64,000 bases of DNA from Phaeosaccion multiseriatum (lineage: Eukaryota; Protista; Ochrophyta, other classes): NCBI GenBank assembly GCA_965112735.1, contig OZ218960.1, positions 3,100,001 through 3,164,000 of the forward strand, in the 5' to 3' direction. Below, in pieces: positions 33,838 to 47,400 of this stretch. The translations under genes and the position numbers were made by a program. Positions within the stretch are counted from its first letter, which is position 1. The number at the start of each line of letters is the position of its first letter. The notes under the pieces are model-generated. The model ran no database searches and was not told where the DNA came from. It was given only the letters and a program-made list of their open reading frames with translations.

Positions 33838-36800
33838 GCGCGCGCGGCGGATGAGGTCGTAGACATGCGGTGGTCCTGTTTGGGGTCCTCTGTGGGGTCG
33901 ACAATCGATACAGGTCTGCTGGGACAAATGAGACCACTGAGACTAGCCGAGCCTACCCCCTCACTTGTCCTTCCCTCCCTCCCTCCCTCACTCACTCACT
34001 CCCTCCTTCCCTCTCTCCCTCCTTCCCTCCCTCCCTCCTTCCCTCCCTCCCCCCTCACCTTGTCCAGCTCGTCGATGCAAACGATGCCGCTCTGCTCCAC
34101 GGCCTGGATGGCGTCTTTGGTGATGTCCACGGACTCAAGGAGCTTCTCGAGGGCAATCTCCTCCAGGATGGGACTTGCCTGTGGGGGGGGGGGAGAGAGG
34201 AGGGGGAAGGAGAGAGGAGGGTTAGGGGCAGCCCAGAGGAAAGGGAGGAGAGGGGAGGAAGGAGAGGAGGTGAGAGGGGAGGAGGGGAGAGGAGTGAGAG
34301 CAGAGCAGAGGAGGGGAGAGGAGAGGAGAGGAGAGGAGAGGAGGCGAGACGAGAGCAGGCAAAGGATGAAGGCAAGGATAGGGCAGGGAAAGAGAGAGAA
34401 AGTGAGTGAGTGAGTGAGTGAGTGAGTGTGTGTGTGTGTGAGTGAGTGAGTGAGTGAGTGGCTTTGACGCCGATAACTCCCAGCTTCCGCCAAGCAAGGA
34501 AAGCAAAAGGCAAGCGACCGGACTTGCACTTGGCCGTCCTGTCGCTGATGTCTCACCTCCTTGATGTGCATCGTCTTCTTCTCAGTAGGCCGCTTGCCGC
34601 CCATGCCCTTCTAATTCCACGGGTAAGGCAGGCCCATCACATCACATCACATCACATCACAGTACAATACGCATGTACATACATCATACATCACAGTACG
34701 TAAGGACGTCAGTGAACGTGGGAGGGTGTGGGGAGGAGGGGTAGAAAGGAAGGAGGGAAGGAAGGAAGGAGGGGAGGAGGAGGTGGCCTTAGGGGAAGGA
34801 CGAAGGGGGTCGCTTTCTGCTTGACACTCTTGAAGGGCCAATGGCAATGGCCAACAAACACAAGGAGGCGGAGGAGGTGCTCTGGCTGGGCCATGTCGTG
34901 CGTGCGTGCGTGCGTGTGTGCGTGTGTGCGTGCGTGGGTGCGTGACTGCCACCCTACCTGCATTTTGGAGAAGAAATCGTTGAGCCCTTGGGCCGCGTTT
35001 CCGTCCATGATGCTCACTGTACTCGGAGCCTTGTCAAAGCCCCCGGTGGGTACGTCCACCTCTACCTCCCTGTCCTCCAGGCTTAGGGGAGATAGGGGGG
35101 AGGAGAGGGAGGGAAGGAGGACGGGGGGGGTGGGAGGGGTCAGCAGGAGAGGGGGGAGGGGAGGAGGAGAGGGAGGGAAGGAGGAGAGGGGGAGGGAGGA
35201 GGAGAGGGAGGGGGGGGGGGGAATGGGCGGAAAATCACCAACACAAGACCCACCCACAACCCCACATCCACCCCAATCCGATACTCACAGCCCCTACCAC
35301 ACCCACCCACTCACCCACCCACTCACCCACCGTCACCCACCCACTCACCCACCCACTCACCCACCCACACCACCCACTCCGTTCCCCACTACTCGCTGCA
35401 TATACTCACAGTCCTTCCTGCAGGAGCCTTGTGAACTCGTCCCTCGTCTCCTTCCTCGAGTGCTCGCCGGTGAGCTTGTCAATGAGCTGCTCCTTCACTA
35501 TGGCCTGCGCCTTGCCTCTGAGCTTCTCCGACTGCACCTTCTTGGTCATGGTGATGGAGATCTCCACGAGGTCGCGGATGATTTGGTCCACATCCCGACC
35601 GTGGAAACCCACCTGTCGCAGCAGCAGTAGCAGCAGCAGGAGGAGGACGAGAGGGGGGATGGGGGAGAGGGCGGGGGAGTAGGAGAAGGAGGAAGGAGGA
35701 GGAGGAGGAGGAGGAGGAGGAGGAGGAGGAGGAGGAGGAGGAGGAGCGGGAGGGAGCAGGAGGGGGAGGAGGAGAAGGACGAAGGAGTGAGTTGAATGTA
35801 TCACGTGTGCGTGCGTGCGTGCATGTGTGCGTGCGTACGGGGGTGGTGGGGGGGGCATACCCATACACACGTACCTCAGTGAACTTGGTGGCCTCGACCT
35901 TGATGAAGGGCGCTTGCGACAGCTTGGCGATGCGCCGCGCGATCTCCGTCTTGCCACAGCCTGTGCGTGTGTGGGGTTGACACGTAACATTACAAAACAC
36001 TAAGTATGATGAACTCTATGCTGTTGGCCACTTACATAGCCACAAGGATAACATTGCATCGATCACGTAAGCTCTCAAGTAAGTCGGAGGTTGGGGTGTG
36101 GATACCCAAGCACTCACTAGAACACTTTGCAATTACGAAATACTACGTAATACTGCGAAATATCGAGATAAGCATGCGACCGCGCACGCACTCACACAGA
36201 CCAGCGGCAGCGGCCAAGAACGGCTACCACACGCACACGCACACACGCTGATTGGGTACCAACACCCAACAACACACACGCACGCACCTGTGGGGCCGAT
36301 CATGAGGATGTTCTTGGGAATCACCTCCTGCTTGAGCTCGTCTTGCAGCTGAGGGGAGGGGGATGGCAGTGGATGGCAGTGCATAGGGTGGGGGGCGAAA
36401 GACAGAAGGAGATAAGGGAGGGGGAGAGAGGGGAGTAGGTCCTTCGCCCTTCACCGCTCCCATTTGTGAGCTAGTCATGTGATGTGATATAATAGTATGA
36501 TGGTGACTTGTACCTATCTATCTGTATCATTCATCTCCCCTCCTCTGTATGCCTGTATTCATTGCCCAATGACATGCAGCAGCATCAGCCCCCCCCCCCC
36601 CCCCACCACCACCACCTCTCTCTCTCTCTGCACCCACCTGGTGTCTCCTCCACCTGTTCCTCAGTGCGATGGCAACTGCCCTCTTTGCGTCGTCCTGCCC
36701 CACAATGTACTTGTCGAGCTTCTCCACCACCTCGCGCGGCTTCAGCGCCGGCCCGCCGTACGCGATTGGCATGTCCTCCAGAGGCACAAGGTGGTCTACA

Positions 36801-37204
36801 TGCCCTTCGCTACTGCTGCTACTGCCACTGCTACCGTCGCCGTCTCCGCTCTCTCCGCCATCACCACCTCCTCCCCCTCCCGCCCCCTCGCCATCTTCCA
36901 CCCCGTCGTCCTCCTTGTTCTCCTTGTCTGCCGCTTCTGGTGACGACGCTAAGTGCCGCATGTACATGAGTGTAGAGGCGTCGACTCTATCGAGGGCGAG
37001 GTCGGGGCCACGTGCCGCCGCCTGCGCTTGGCAGTACCCACGCTGCTGGTGCTGGTGCTGGTGATGTTTTGTGCTTTGATGCTGGAGCTCGGACGTGGCT
37101 CCCGCTGAATGAGTGAGGCATCGATGCTCCACAGGTAACTGAAGCTTCTGTAGGTGACTGAGATAGCCTCTGCGAGCCGCCCGCCTGGCCTGAGACGCAA
37201 TCAT
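32019..37204 (-). CDS. hslU: HslU/ClpY ATPase subunit of the HslVU protease, probable mitochondrial presequence; multi-exon
   Basis: [54 protein letters not shown] (Walker A, intron-split), [65 protein letters not shown] and C-terminal DLSKYIL*. The start [18 protein letters not shown] is Arg-rich and lacks acidic residues. Confidence 0.95.
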
Positions 37205-37515
37205 CTTTTCTATGCTGTATCCTGCTCTGAGGGCTTCTTCTCCAACCCTCCCCCCCTTTCTTTGTCTCTGACGCCTGCGAGTCAAGGGGCAGTGGCGGCT
37301 ACTGCTTCCCGCTCTTGTCTCTCCTTTCACAACAGGCCTGGAGTCCCTAAATAAATCAATATCTCCTCTCTACTGTGAGGGCAAGGGGGGTCAAAAGGAA
37401 TTGAAGGAAGGTGGGAGTTGAAACTCAAATTCCTTTCTTCCTCCCCTGCTTTCTCCTTTCCTCTTCAGATCTCTTCCCTGCATCTCCCCCCCCCTCCAAG
37501 ATCTCTTCTCTCCTG
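37205..37515. promoter_or_regulatory. Probable bidirectional promoter between hslU and LMW-PTP
   Basis: Only 311 bp between divergent ATGs; AT-rich core TAAATAAATCAATAT near 37348-37362. Confidence 0.5.
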
Positions 37516-38578
37516 ATGCGTGCTCTGATCTTCCTCTGCTTCCTCGGTCTGATCTCTGTGGCAAAGGCTTTCTCCACTGCGCCTGCGTGCTCTTTCCGGG
37601 CCTCTGCTCTGGCTCCTTTCTCGGCCGGCAGGAGCAGTACAAGCAGTAACGGATTGATGACAATGTCTTACTCCATGCTCACCGTCTGCTTAGGCAACAT
37701 CAATAGAAGCCCGACTGCGGAGGCGGTCCTACAAGGTGAGGAAGAATGACTGAGCAACAAGAAGTCTTTGCTGTGTCCCCTCCTCTGGCTCACCCCCTGT
37801 GTGCTGCCATGTGGATACTGTCTCGTGTGCTGTGTGCGGCAGGGCTCATCAAGGACAAGGGCTTAGACTGGCCGGTGGACAGCTGCGGAACAGGGTGAGA
37901 GAAAGAGGTTAAAATTGTGGAGAGAAGCGTAGGGCCTGAGCGGCTGCCACGGGTGTGAACGTATGATGCACCTCATGCACCCCCGCCTTCTCCTTAACCC
38001 TCTCCATCTCTGTGCTTTCCGTTGTCGATGCACTCCACCAGCGGAGGTGCCGGCGGGTGGTACAAGCCCGGCGGCTTCTCCTTCCACACCGGAGAGCCCG
38101 CTGCGGCCCGCATGAAGCAGGCAGCCAAGGAGAGGGGCCTCGCGCTCAACAGTGTGGCACGCACCCTTACCAAGGAAGATGTGAGCAAGTTCGATCTGCT
38201 GCTCGCTATGGACCCCAGCAACGTTGATGGTGGGTGCGGGGGGGGGGGGTAGGGGATGAATGTCAGTGGATGGAAGAAAGAGGGGGAGGGAGGGAGAGAG
38301 TAGAAGCTCCTTTGCCAGAGGGGCTGGTCCCTCCTCCTTTCGTGCGATGTAAACGCCTCCTACCCTGACAAAACGAACGCGTCAACGCCTTTTTGTTCCT
38401 TGTACCCCCCCCCCCCTCTCTTTATGCCCCATCCCTCACTCACTACGAAAGACATTCTCGATGCTGCGGCCTTCTGGGGAGTGCGGGAGGAGGCCCTCTC
38501 CAAGACGGTGCTCATCACCGATTGGTGCTCCGACCCGGCCGACAGGTGTGAGCCAATGGATCGATACGTCCTCATATT

Positions 38579-38609
<31 letters not shown>

Positions 38610-38968
38610 GTCTGTGTGTCTGTGTGTCTGTGTGTGTCTGTGTGTTGTGTGTGTCTGTGTGTGGAGCTGCATATAGTGGGTGTATGTATTACGGAGACAC
38701 ACGGGGATGCACAGGTTTGCTTGGTCAGACCTACCTCCCCCTTCTTCTTCTCATCCTCCTTCTCCTCCTCCTCTTCCTCCTCCTCCTCCTCCTCCCCCCC
38801 CTCCTCCTCTTCCTCCTGTGCAGGGGGGTGAGCGTGCCTGACCCGTACTACGACGCGTCCTCCACAGGGCGTGTGCTCGACCTGCTGCAAGACGCCTGCG
38901 CTAACTTGGTGCAGGAGCTGCAGGGGGAGAAGGGCCTGGAGAAGGCACGGGGAAAGAGCAGAGCATGA
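37516..38968 (+). CDS. Low-molecular-weight protein-tyrosine phosphatase with bipartite plastid-targeting presequence; 5 exons
   Basis: Exons 37516-37735, 37843-37894, 38042-38229, 38452-38545, 38824-38968. P-loop VCLGNINRSPTAEAV, DSCGTGGG..WY...FHTGEP...RM, FDLLLAMD..N, VPDPYY. N-terminus MRALIFLCFLGLISVAKA|FS followed by a Ser/Ala/Arg transit peptide. Confidence 0.9.
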
Positions 38969-39940
38969 GGCAGGAAGATGGCAGTGGATGGGCAGCGGAT
39001 GGGCAGCGGATGGGCAGCGGACGGCAGCAGATGGGGAGGGATGGCAGCGGATGATTGCAGGGGAGGAGCTGGCAGGCCACTGCGGGTGACAGTGGCGCAG
39101 GGAATGGGCTGTGTCTGTCCTGTCCTGTTCACACGCAAGCCCTTCTCAGCGCACGTAAGGGCTTTGGGCTCAAGTGTGGGCGGCACTGTGGACTGCACTG
39201 AAGGCCGGTCCGACGGCGCCCACCCCGTCAAGTCCTGACCCTCCGTACTGGCCCCAGTGGGCTTCGGCTTCGCTCAACGGGTGGCCCTTGGCGGGCTACA
39301 GTCAGACACGTGCCAAGGCCGAGGAGGATGGCAGGCAAGCAGAGGCAGAATGAGAGGTTAGAACTCACGTGGGCGATTTGTCCAATCCTCCAGCGGCTGC
39401 CCCGCTCCCGCGCAAGTGCCAAGTGCGTGCGTGCGTGCGTGGGTGGGTGCGAGTGTGAGTGCCCGGTGGCGCTCTTGGAGCGACGTCGCAGCGCAGCACA
39501 AGCAACAGATGGCTGAACAACCAATGCGTGCATCACACCCTTGAGAAAGGCGAAGAGCAGGAGCCTTCAGAAGACCCAAGAGGGGAAGATAATAGAGTCG
39601 CTGACGGTTGTTTGATTTTTAAATTCATTTATCAAGTAATCGAGCTTGAAGCTGTCTTTCTCTCTCTCCCTCTCTCTCCCCCTCTCTCTGTCTGTGTCTG
39701 TCTCTCCGTCTCTCTGTTGGGGGAGCGAGGCATGCTGGCGACGGTCGGACCACGGACAACGAAACGGGCTACAAGTACCCTTCGCTACCCTTCGCTACCC
39801 TTCGACACGCAACCCTCAAAACTCAAGCCAAAAGGGCGCACAAAGGACTGCCCCCCTCCCTCTCCCTCTCCCTCACGCACCAAACACGCCACCAAGCGCT
39901 GCCCAACATGACCAGCAGGCTCCTTTTCATCACAACTCCC

Positions 39941-42900
39941 TCAGTGCCTCCCTCCTCCGCCGCCGCCGCCGCCGCCGCCACTCCCCTCCTTCCCTGCTGC
40001 CGCTGCTGCCGCTGCCTTCCTGCTCTTGGCGCTCTTGGGCCTCCCATCGAGGCCCCCATCCGCGCCCCCCAACTTTTGCTGCAGCCTGTCGGGCAGGCCC
40101 ACCCCCTGCCCGCCCCCCTCCCGCTGCCCCTTGGCGGCCCAACCAGCTCCATAGTCGGTAGTATCCTGGTCCTTGAGGTGTGTGTATTTGGTCTGTCCGC
40201 GTCGGCCGAAGTTCTTGACCTGAGGCACGCAGGAGTGAGAGAGAGGGAGAGGGTGTGTGTGTGTGGGGGGGGTTTGGTTGGGTGTTTGTGTGAGGTTTGT
40301 GTGAGGGCGGTGGATTGGTGGCAGAAAGCACAGTAGCAGCAGCCGTAGCAGCAGCAGCAGCAGCAGGAAGCAAAGCGTTGTTGACTCCCCCCCCCCCACA
40401 CACGCACACATACACACACAGACTTGTTTATGCTTGTGTTTTCAAGTTTCAAGTTTCGACTGTTGCAGATGTGTCCTCTCCTCCGGATCCCCTCCTCCTC
40501 TCTCCCTCCCCTCCACCCCTCCCCTGTATCACCAACTGCCGTACCTGCATGGCCTTGGGCATGGCTGATTTGTCGAACTTGTCCTCCCCCGTGGCCTCCT
40601 TGTAGTCCTTGTGGCGCACATCCCCTTTGTCCTTGAGGGACGCTTCATCCATGTAGAACGCCCCCTTGTGGTAGTAGCGTTGCATGAACTTGAGCTGGGG
40701 AGGGAGGAAGGGATGGCAGTGCATGGCAGTGCGTGGACAGATGGCAGTAGATGGAGGTGGAGGGGCATTGATTGGGTCAGTACGGCGAGCAGACAATCGC
40801 GGCGCTTCGTTTGCTTGCACACCTCATCGTGCCGCACAGCTCAATACAAACCTCAACGTAAAAGACAGATAGCCCGCGTCCGTTAACCCCGCTACATTCC
40901 GCCTAACCCCCGTTCATTAACCCCTAAATCCCCCGCGTCCGTTACGCACCTTGTCTCCGCCCTTTCCGTCTGCCCCCTCGTCCTTGCCCTTCCCAAGGGC
41001 AGCGTCTTCCTTCCTTCGCTCCTCCGGTGTGAGCTTCCTCCTCCTCTCTGTCTCCGCCTTCTCGTTAGCAAGGCGCTCTCTGTTCTCCTTGTCTCGCTTC
41101 AGTCGTGCGATCTCTCGGGCCTGAGCGGGTGAAGATGGGTTAACGTCAGGTGGGGTAACGTGAAGTGAGGTTAACGTCAGGCGGCGCAAGAGGCAGAGAA
41201 ACTCACACCCCGCAGTGTTACGACACACAAAACACAACCATACAACACGCACGCACACACACGCACACACACACACACGCCAGCCATACAGCATTAACAC
41301 ACACGCACACACACGCACACACACGCACACACACACATACACACGCACACACACACACGCACACACACACACGCACACACACTCGCACGCAGACACACAC
41401 ACACACACACACGCACACACGCACACGCGCGCGCGCGTCATCGTACCTTCCAGGCTGTGAAGGCCGCTCTCTGTTCCTCCTCATCCCCCTCGTCCCCATC
41501 GCTGGGCATGCCTGCGTCGCTGTCGTCACCCCCCAAGCCGTGTGCCCTCTCCTCTGCCTCGTCCGCCTCCCTCCTCACCGCCTCCGCCACGAGGCTGCGC
41601 GAATGCTTCACGCGCTCCTCTCTGGCCACCTCCGCTTGCCTGGGATATCGATGTCGGTGTCGATTTCAATGTCGGTGTCGATTTCGATGTCGGTGTCGAT
41701 TTCAATGTCGGTGTCGATTTCAATGTCGGTGTCGATTTCAATGTCGGTGTCGATTTCGATGTCGGTGTCGATTTCAATGTCGGTGTCGATTTCAATGTCG
41801 GTGTCGATTTCAATGTCGGTGTCGATTTCGACGCGATGACGCAGGCGTGTGGGCGTGAGAGGAGGATGAAGAGGGAATGCATATAAAGAGGGAGTGAGTA
41901 GGAGCAGAGGTGGGGTTAGAGGCATATAAAGAGGGAGTAAGTCAATGAGTGGGGTTAGAGGCATATAAAGAGGGAGTAAGTCAATGAGTATAAAGAGGGA
42001 GTGTAAGTCAATAGTGGGGTTAGATACTTCCCTACGCTTCTCTCGAAAAGGGTAAGCGGGAGGGTTTGGCGCCAAAAGAGAAGCGAATGGGAACCAACCG
42101 CAACATCTTACACCGCAACGGACGGAAGGCCAGACATGAGTCGAACAGCCCTGTAGCAACACTCACTTGTCCCGCTCCTCCTGCTTCTTCTCCTCCTCCT
42201 CGAGCAGCTTGATGGTTTCTCTCTTGCCCTGCCCCACACAATGCAGTTACAAAACGCACAGTTACAAAACAGCTACACAGCACAACGCCCCCGTCAGTCA
42301 GTGAACGGACTCATGTCGTTCCTCCTCCCTGTGTCACTCATTGACTTACTCCTCCTGACTCACCTTGGGCACAAAGACAGGCTTGAGCATGGTAACCGCC
42401 TCCTCCGCCTCCGACTCGTCGGTGTCCGTCTCCCACTCACTGCTCTCCCCCCCCTCCCCTCCCCCCTCCCCCTCCTCCTTGGCCGCTTCCTCCCCGTCCT
42501 CCCCTTCCTTGCCAAGCAGCTCCTCCTCCTCTTTCCGCCTCTGTAGCATCTTATTCCGGATCATCGCTCGCCGAGCCGCCACGGCGTCTTCATCGTCCTG
42601 ATCCCCCTCTGTAGCTCCACCCCTCCTGCCCCCCCTCCGCCGCCGAGGCATGACCACGTCCCCCTCCACGCGATCACCATCACCATCACCATCACCCTCC
42701 CCGCCTGAATCACTGCTAAACCCTCCTTCGTCTTCATCCCCCGACCGCCCTCCGAACACAGGCCCGGAAGAGTCACTATCTGACCCCGAGCCCGACCCAG
42801 AGTCGCTGTCGCCGCCGGACAGTACCTCGGCATCCACTGCCGTCCTCCTCCTATGTGCCCTCTCGCGCTGGGCATCGCGCCGCTCCTCTACTTCCTCGCG

Positions 42901-42947
42901 TTCTTTCCGGCGGTCTCGAGTCTGCTGCCTCCGCTCCTGTAGGAGGA

Positions 42948-42978
<31 letters not shown>

Positions 42979-43608
42979 GAGAAGGAGGAAGAGCGAGGAG
43001 GAGGAGGAGGAGGAGGAGGAGGAGGAGAGGAGGAGGAGAGGAGGACGAGGAGGAGGAGCGAGGATGGGGTGGAAAGGTAGAGACCGTGGTATAAGCATCA
43101 GAGGAGGTTGCCTTAACTCGTCTCTCCTCCTGACATCCCTCCGCTGTCATCCTCCTCGTCCATCTCTTCTCATCCACTGCCATCTTCCCTCTCTTGCCCA
43201 CCTGCGCCTCGGCGATGTTTGCGGCCATGTCCGCTTCCTCCTCCTCCTTGGCCCATTGAGGTGCCTTGCCAGCTCTGCTCAGTAGCAATGGAAGGAGGGC
43301 ACAGAGAGAGAGAGGGTGGGGGGAGAGATGGGGGTGAAAGGTGGAGAAGAGCACAAAGTAGGACTATCCCGACAGGGGAGGGAGGGGGGGGAGACACAAG
43401 CACAGCCCTCCGTGATCATACTAGGTACACTGTGGGACGTCTCGTCTCACCTGTAGATGGAGACCTTCTTGCTGGGGTCTATCTTGGGCTGCAGAGGCTT
43501 GTAGTCTGCCCCCTGCATCTCTGTGGCGTCCTTGGTGAAGCGCATGGTGGCGGCATCCCCCACCTCGTCGGGGAGCAGCAGCCCGAGGTCTTTCTTGCTG
43601 AAAGCCAT
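39941..43608 (-). CDS. MFAP1: Microfibrillar-associated protein 1 (spliceosomal B-complex factor, Spp381-like)
   Basis: AGKAPQWA, acidic middle, [82 protein letters not shown]; GT-AG introns. Confidence 0.92.
41650..41831 (-). repeat. 18-bp tandem repeat (ATGTCGGTGTCGATTTC[A/G]) abutting an MFAP1 acceptor site
   Basis: About 10 copies immediately 5' (sense) of the CCCAG acceptor near 41640. Confidence 0.9.
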
Positions 43609-43985
43609 CGTGACCAACTCACTCCTCCTCCTCCTTCTCCCCCCCCTCCTCCTCCTCCTCCTCCTCCTCCTCCTCCTCCTCCTCCTCCTCCTCCTCCTCC
43701 TCCTCCGTCTCCTCCTCCTCCTCCTCCTCCTCCTCCTCCTCCTCCTCCTCCTCCTCCTCCTCCTAGAGATCCAAGGAGGATTAGGTAGTGGTGCTGCTGT
43801 GTTTTCCCTCGACGAGGCGATGAGACGAGAGCAAGACGAGACGTGCGAGGGAGCACTCCTCCCCCAATAGAATGAGCTATCGTCCTACCCAGCTTCTTAA
43901 GAACCTGATATCTCACTTGACCAACGCGACGAGAGAGAATCGCCCTTTGCTGCCATCTGGGGGATCCTTGTGGGATGCGACAACG

Positions 43986-44028
<43 letters not shown>

Positions 44029-44401
44029 GAGAGAAGTACTACGTAGTAGTAGTAGCAGGCGAAGGGCCTTCAGGACCAGAAAGCGGCAGGTGCAAGACAA
44101 CAGGGGCGAAGATACTTCGACGGAGGCAGCCTTTGTCAACCCAGAGCAAGATTGTCCATGCCGCGACGTAGAAAGTAGTGCTATGGGCGTAGGAGCGGCG
44201 TGAATCCTCGGGAAGCGAAGCGCTTCCGAGGCACGGTAGGAGGAGGATATCCAGGCGGGGGTGTGGAAGGAAGAGGGGAGAAAGATGACGGCACAGAAGG
44301 TTGCTCCGGCTGCAGTAAGCTCAGCAGCTGCTGCAGGAGGAGAAGGAGGGGGAGGAGGAGGAGGAGGAGGGAAGACGTCAAGGGACAGTGCCAGTGCAGC
44401 A

Positions 44402-47400
44402 ATGGAGTGCAAGTTTACGCCTCTCTACGGCTCGATGGACGGCCTCGCGGGGGGTGCCATTTGCTCGCTGCTCGAAGTCGGGGAGGTGCGTGCTTGCGTG
44501 GATGAGAGGGAAAGATAGAGACAGCTGCATGTATGTATTCGTTGTCCCTTTGCACGAGAGAGAGAGGTCAGAGGGTTGTGTGTGCTTGAAGTCGTGAGGT
44601 AGCAATGGATCCACACGAGTTGGTCAAGCTCTGCGCTGGTACTTGAGGGTGGAGAGGTAATGAGTCCGATGCTTTGATAGAGTCTGTAGCACACCACTGT
44701 AGCCCACTAGCTCCACCAGCCGCCAGCCAGCCACGTACAGTCCTTCCGATGACCATGGAGGCAGCTCCTTGTCTTTTTCGAGGCAGGGGTGTCGGTGTCG
44801 TGACCCGGCCAGACCCAGCCAGATCCAGCCAGTAAGCATATCGAAGAAGGCAACCCCCCTCTCAATTCTCTTCCTCTCTCTCTCCCTCCCCCCCTTTCTC
44901 TATCTCTCCCTCCTTCCCTACCTCTCCCCCCCCCCCTCTCTCTCTCTACATCTGCCACCACTTCTATCTCCCTGCGCTACTCTCTCCCCCTCCCTCTCCG
45001 TCTCTCCCTCCCTCTCTCTCTATGTATGTCAACCACAACGGACAACGGCCTAATCCATACGCTGAATGAGCAACAGGTGCGCATCCTCCTAGACTGCGGC
45101 TGGAACACATCCTTCGACCCTAGCCAGCTTGAGCCCCTCAGAGCCGTGGCCCCTACTGTGGACCTCGTGCTGCTCAGCCACCCCAGCCTGGAGACCTTGG
45201 GGGGGCTTCCCTACGCCGGTGAGGGCATGGCTATAGATGACTGGGGATGGCTGTGGATGGCAGTGGATGGCTGTGGATGGCAGTGGATGGCTGTGGATGG
45301 CTGTGGATGGCAGTGGATGACCGTTGATGGCTGTGGATGGCTGCGGACGGCGGGAGGCCTGCTGCGCTCTCAATCTCTCTTCCTCGCCCTCTCTCTCCTC
45401 GGGCTGCTCAATCTTCGTTCTTCCCCCCGTCCCTCCCTGCCTGCCTGCCTCCCTCCCTCCCTCCCTCCCTCCCTCCCTCCCTCCCTCCCTCCCTCCCTCC
45501 CTCCCTCCCTCCCTCCCTCCCTCCCTCCCTCCCTCCCTCCCTCCCTCCCTCCCTCCCACTCTCCCACCCTCCCTCCCTCCCTCCCTCCCTCCCTCCCTCC
45601 CTCCCTCCCTCCCTCCCTCCCTCCCTCCATCCATCCCTCCATCCATCCTTCCCCTCCATCCCTCGCTCCTCCCTCCCTCCCTCCCTCCCCTTCCCTGCTA
45701 TCCCCAGTGGGCCATCTCGGACTCAAAGCCCCCATCTTCGCCACACTGCCAATTGTGAAAATGGGGCAAATGGAGGTCTACAACGCCCACCAGACGAGAG
45801 CGCAGGAAGACGAGACGTTCAACACCTTCACCCTCGATGACGTGGACGCGGCCTTCTCGCAGGCAAGGATGGCAGTGGATGGGGATGGGAGGTCCGGGGG
45901 GGAAGTGGGGTTGAGCTTCAGAACTGTGGGTGGGAGAGAGCTCCTGCTCCTCCTCCTCCTCCTCCTCCTCCTCCTCCTGCTCCTCTTCTACTACTACTGC
46001 TACTAGTACTACTACTACTACTACCCTCTCCGTCCTTTGGCTGCTGCTCCTTCCCAATCTTTTCTCACCCACCCACCCACCCACCCGCCCTCACCCTTAC
46101 ACACACCCTTACCTACACTTCCCCTCCCCATCCACTGCCGTCAGATGAAGCTGCTGAAGTACTCTCAACACCTCCGCTTCAGCGACAGGGGGGCAGGCAT
46201 CACCATCACTCCCTACTGCGCGGGGCATCTTGTGGGGGGGAGCTTGTGGAGGTGAGTGAGTGAGGGAGTGAGTGAGTGGGTGAGTGAGTGAGTGAGTGAG
46301 TGAGGGAGGGAGGGAGGGAGAGAGTAGTGAGTCAGGGAGTGAGTGAGTGAGTGCGTGCGTGAGTGAGTGAGTAAGTGAGTGAGTGAGTTGAGTGAGTGAG
46401 TGAGTGGGTGAGTGAGTGAGTAAGTGAGTGAGTGAGTGAGTTGAGTGAGTGAGTGGGTGAGTGAGGGAGTGAGTGAGTGGGTGAGTGGGTGAGTGAGGGA
46501 GTGAGTGAGTGAGTGAGTGAGTGGGTGAGGGAGTGAGTGAGTGAGTGAGTTGAGTGAGTGAGTGAGTGAGTGAGTGAGTGAATGTGTGAGTGAGTGCGTG
46601 AGAACTGAGTGAGTGGTTGAGTGACTGACAGACAGACCGACTGACTGACTGAATACGTGACTGAGTGATCACATTTCCTCGTTCGCCTCTCATTCACCCC
46701 CCCCCCCCGGTGGGTACCTCTGCCTCTCTCCCCTCTCCCCTCTTCCCTCTGCCCTCTTCCCTCTCCCCTCTCCCCTCTTCCCTCTCCCCTCTGCCCTATT
46801 TCCTCTGCCTCTCTCCCCTCTCCCCTCTTCCCTCTCCCCTCTACCCTCTTCCCTCTGTTCGCTACCCCATTGTGCCCTCTGAACATACTCAACACTCATC
46901 ACCCTTTTTGATGCCTGTTCTCCTCCGTCCCTCCCTTCCCTTCCATTCCCTTCCCTTCAAGAGTGAGTTGGAAGAGCGATGACAACGACATCGTGTATGC
47001 AGTGCGCTACAATCACACGCAGGAGAGGCATCTCAACGGCTCTGCCTTGGAGGCCGTCATCAGCAGACCGAGCATCCTCATCACAGGTGGGGGGGGGGAT
47101 GGCAGTGCTTTGATGGGGAGACGATGGCGGCGGACAGGGGAGGGTATGGCAGTGGATGGGGAGGCGACGAGAAGAATTCTGTGCCGTTGTTGCCGTCACT
47201 CTAACTCCAGAGTCCAAACCATCGATCTCTCCCTCTCCTATCTATCCCTCTCTCTTTGTCTGCCCCCCCCCCTCCTCTTCCTCCGTACAACCAACAGGTG
47301 CCTCCAACGCCCTCACAGTGCGGCAGGGAGGGGCCAAGAAGCGGAGCACGGAGCTGCTCCAAGCGGTCATGAGCACCGTAAGGAGGGGCGGCAATGTGCT

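Noticed and set aside
37205-37330. N-terminal extension of HslU from the ORF-track start at 37330
   Set aside because: That start is not ATG; the first in-frame ATG at 37204 gives a plausible mitochondrial presequence.
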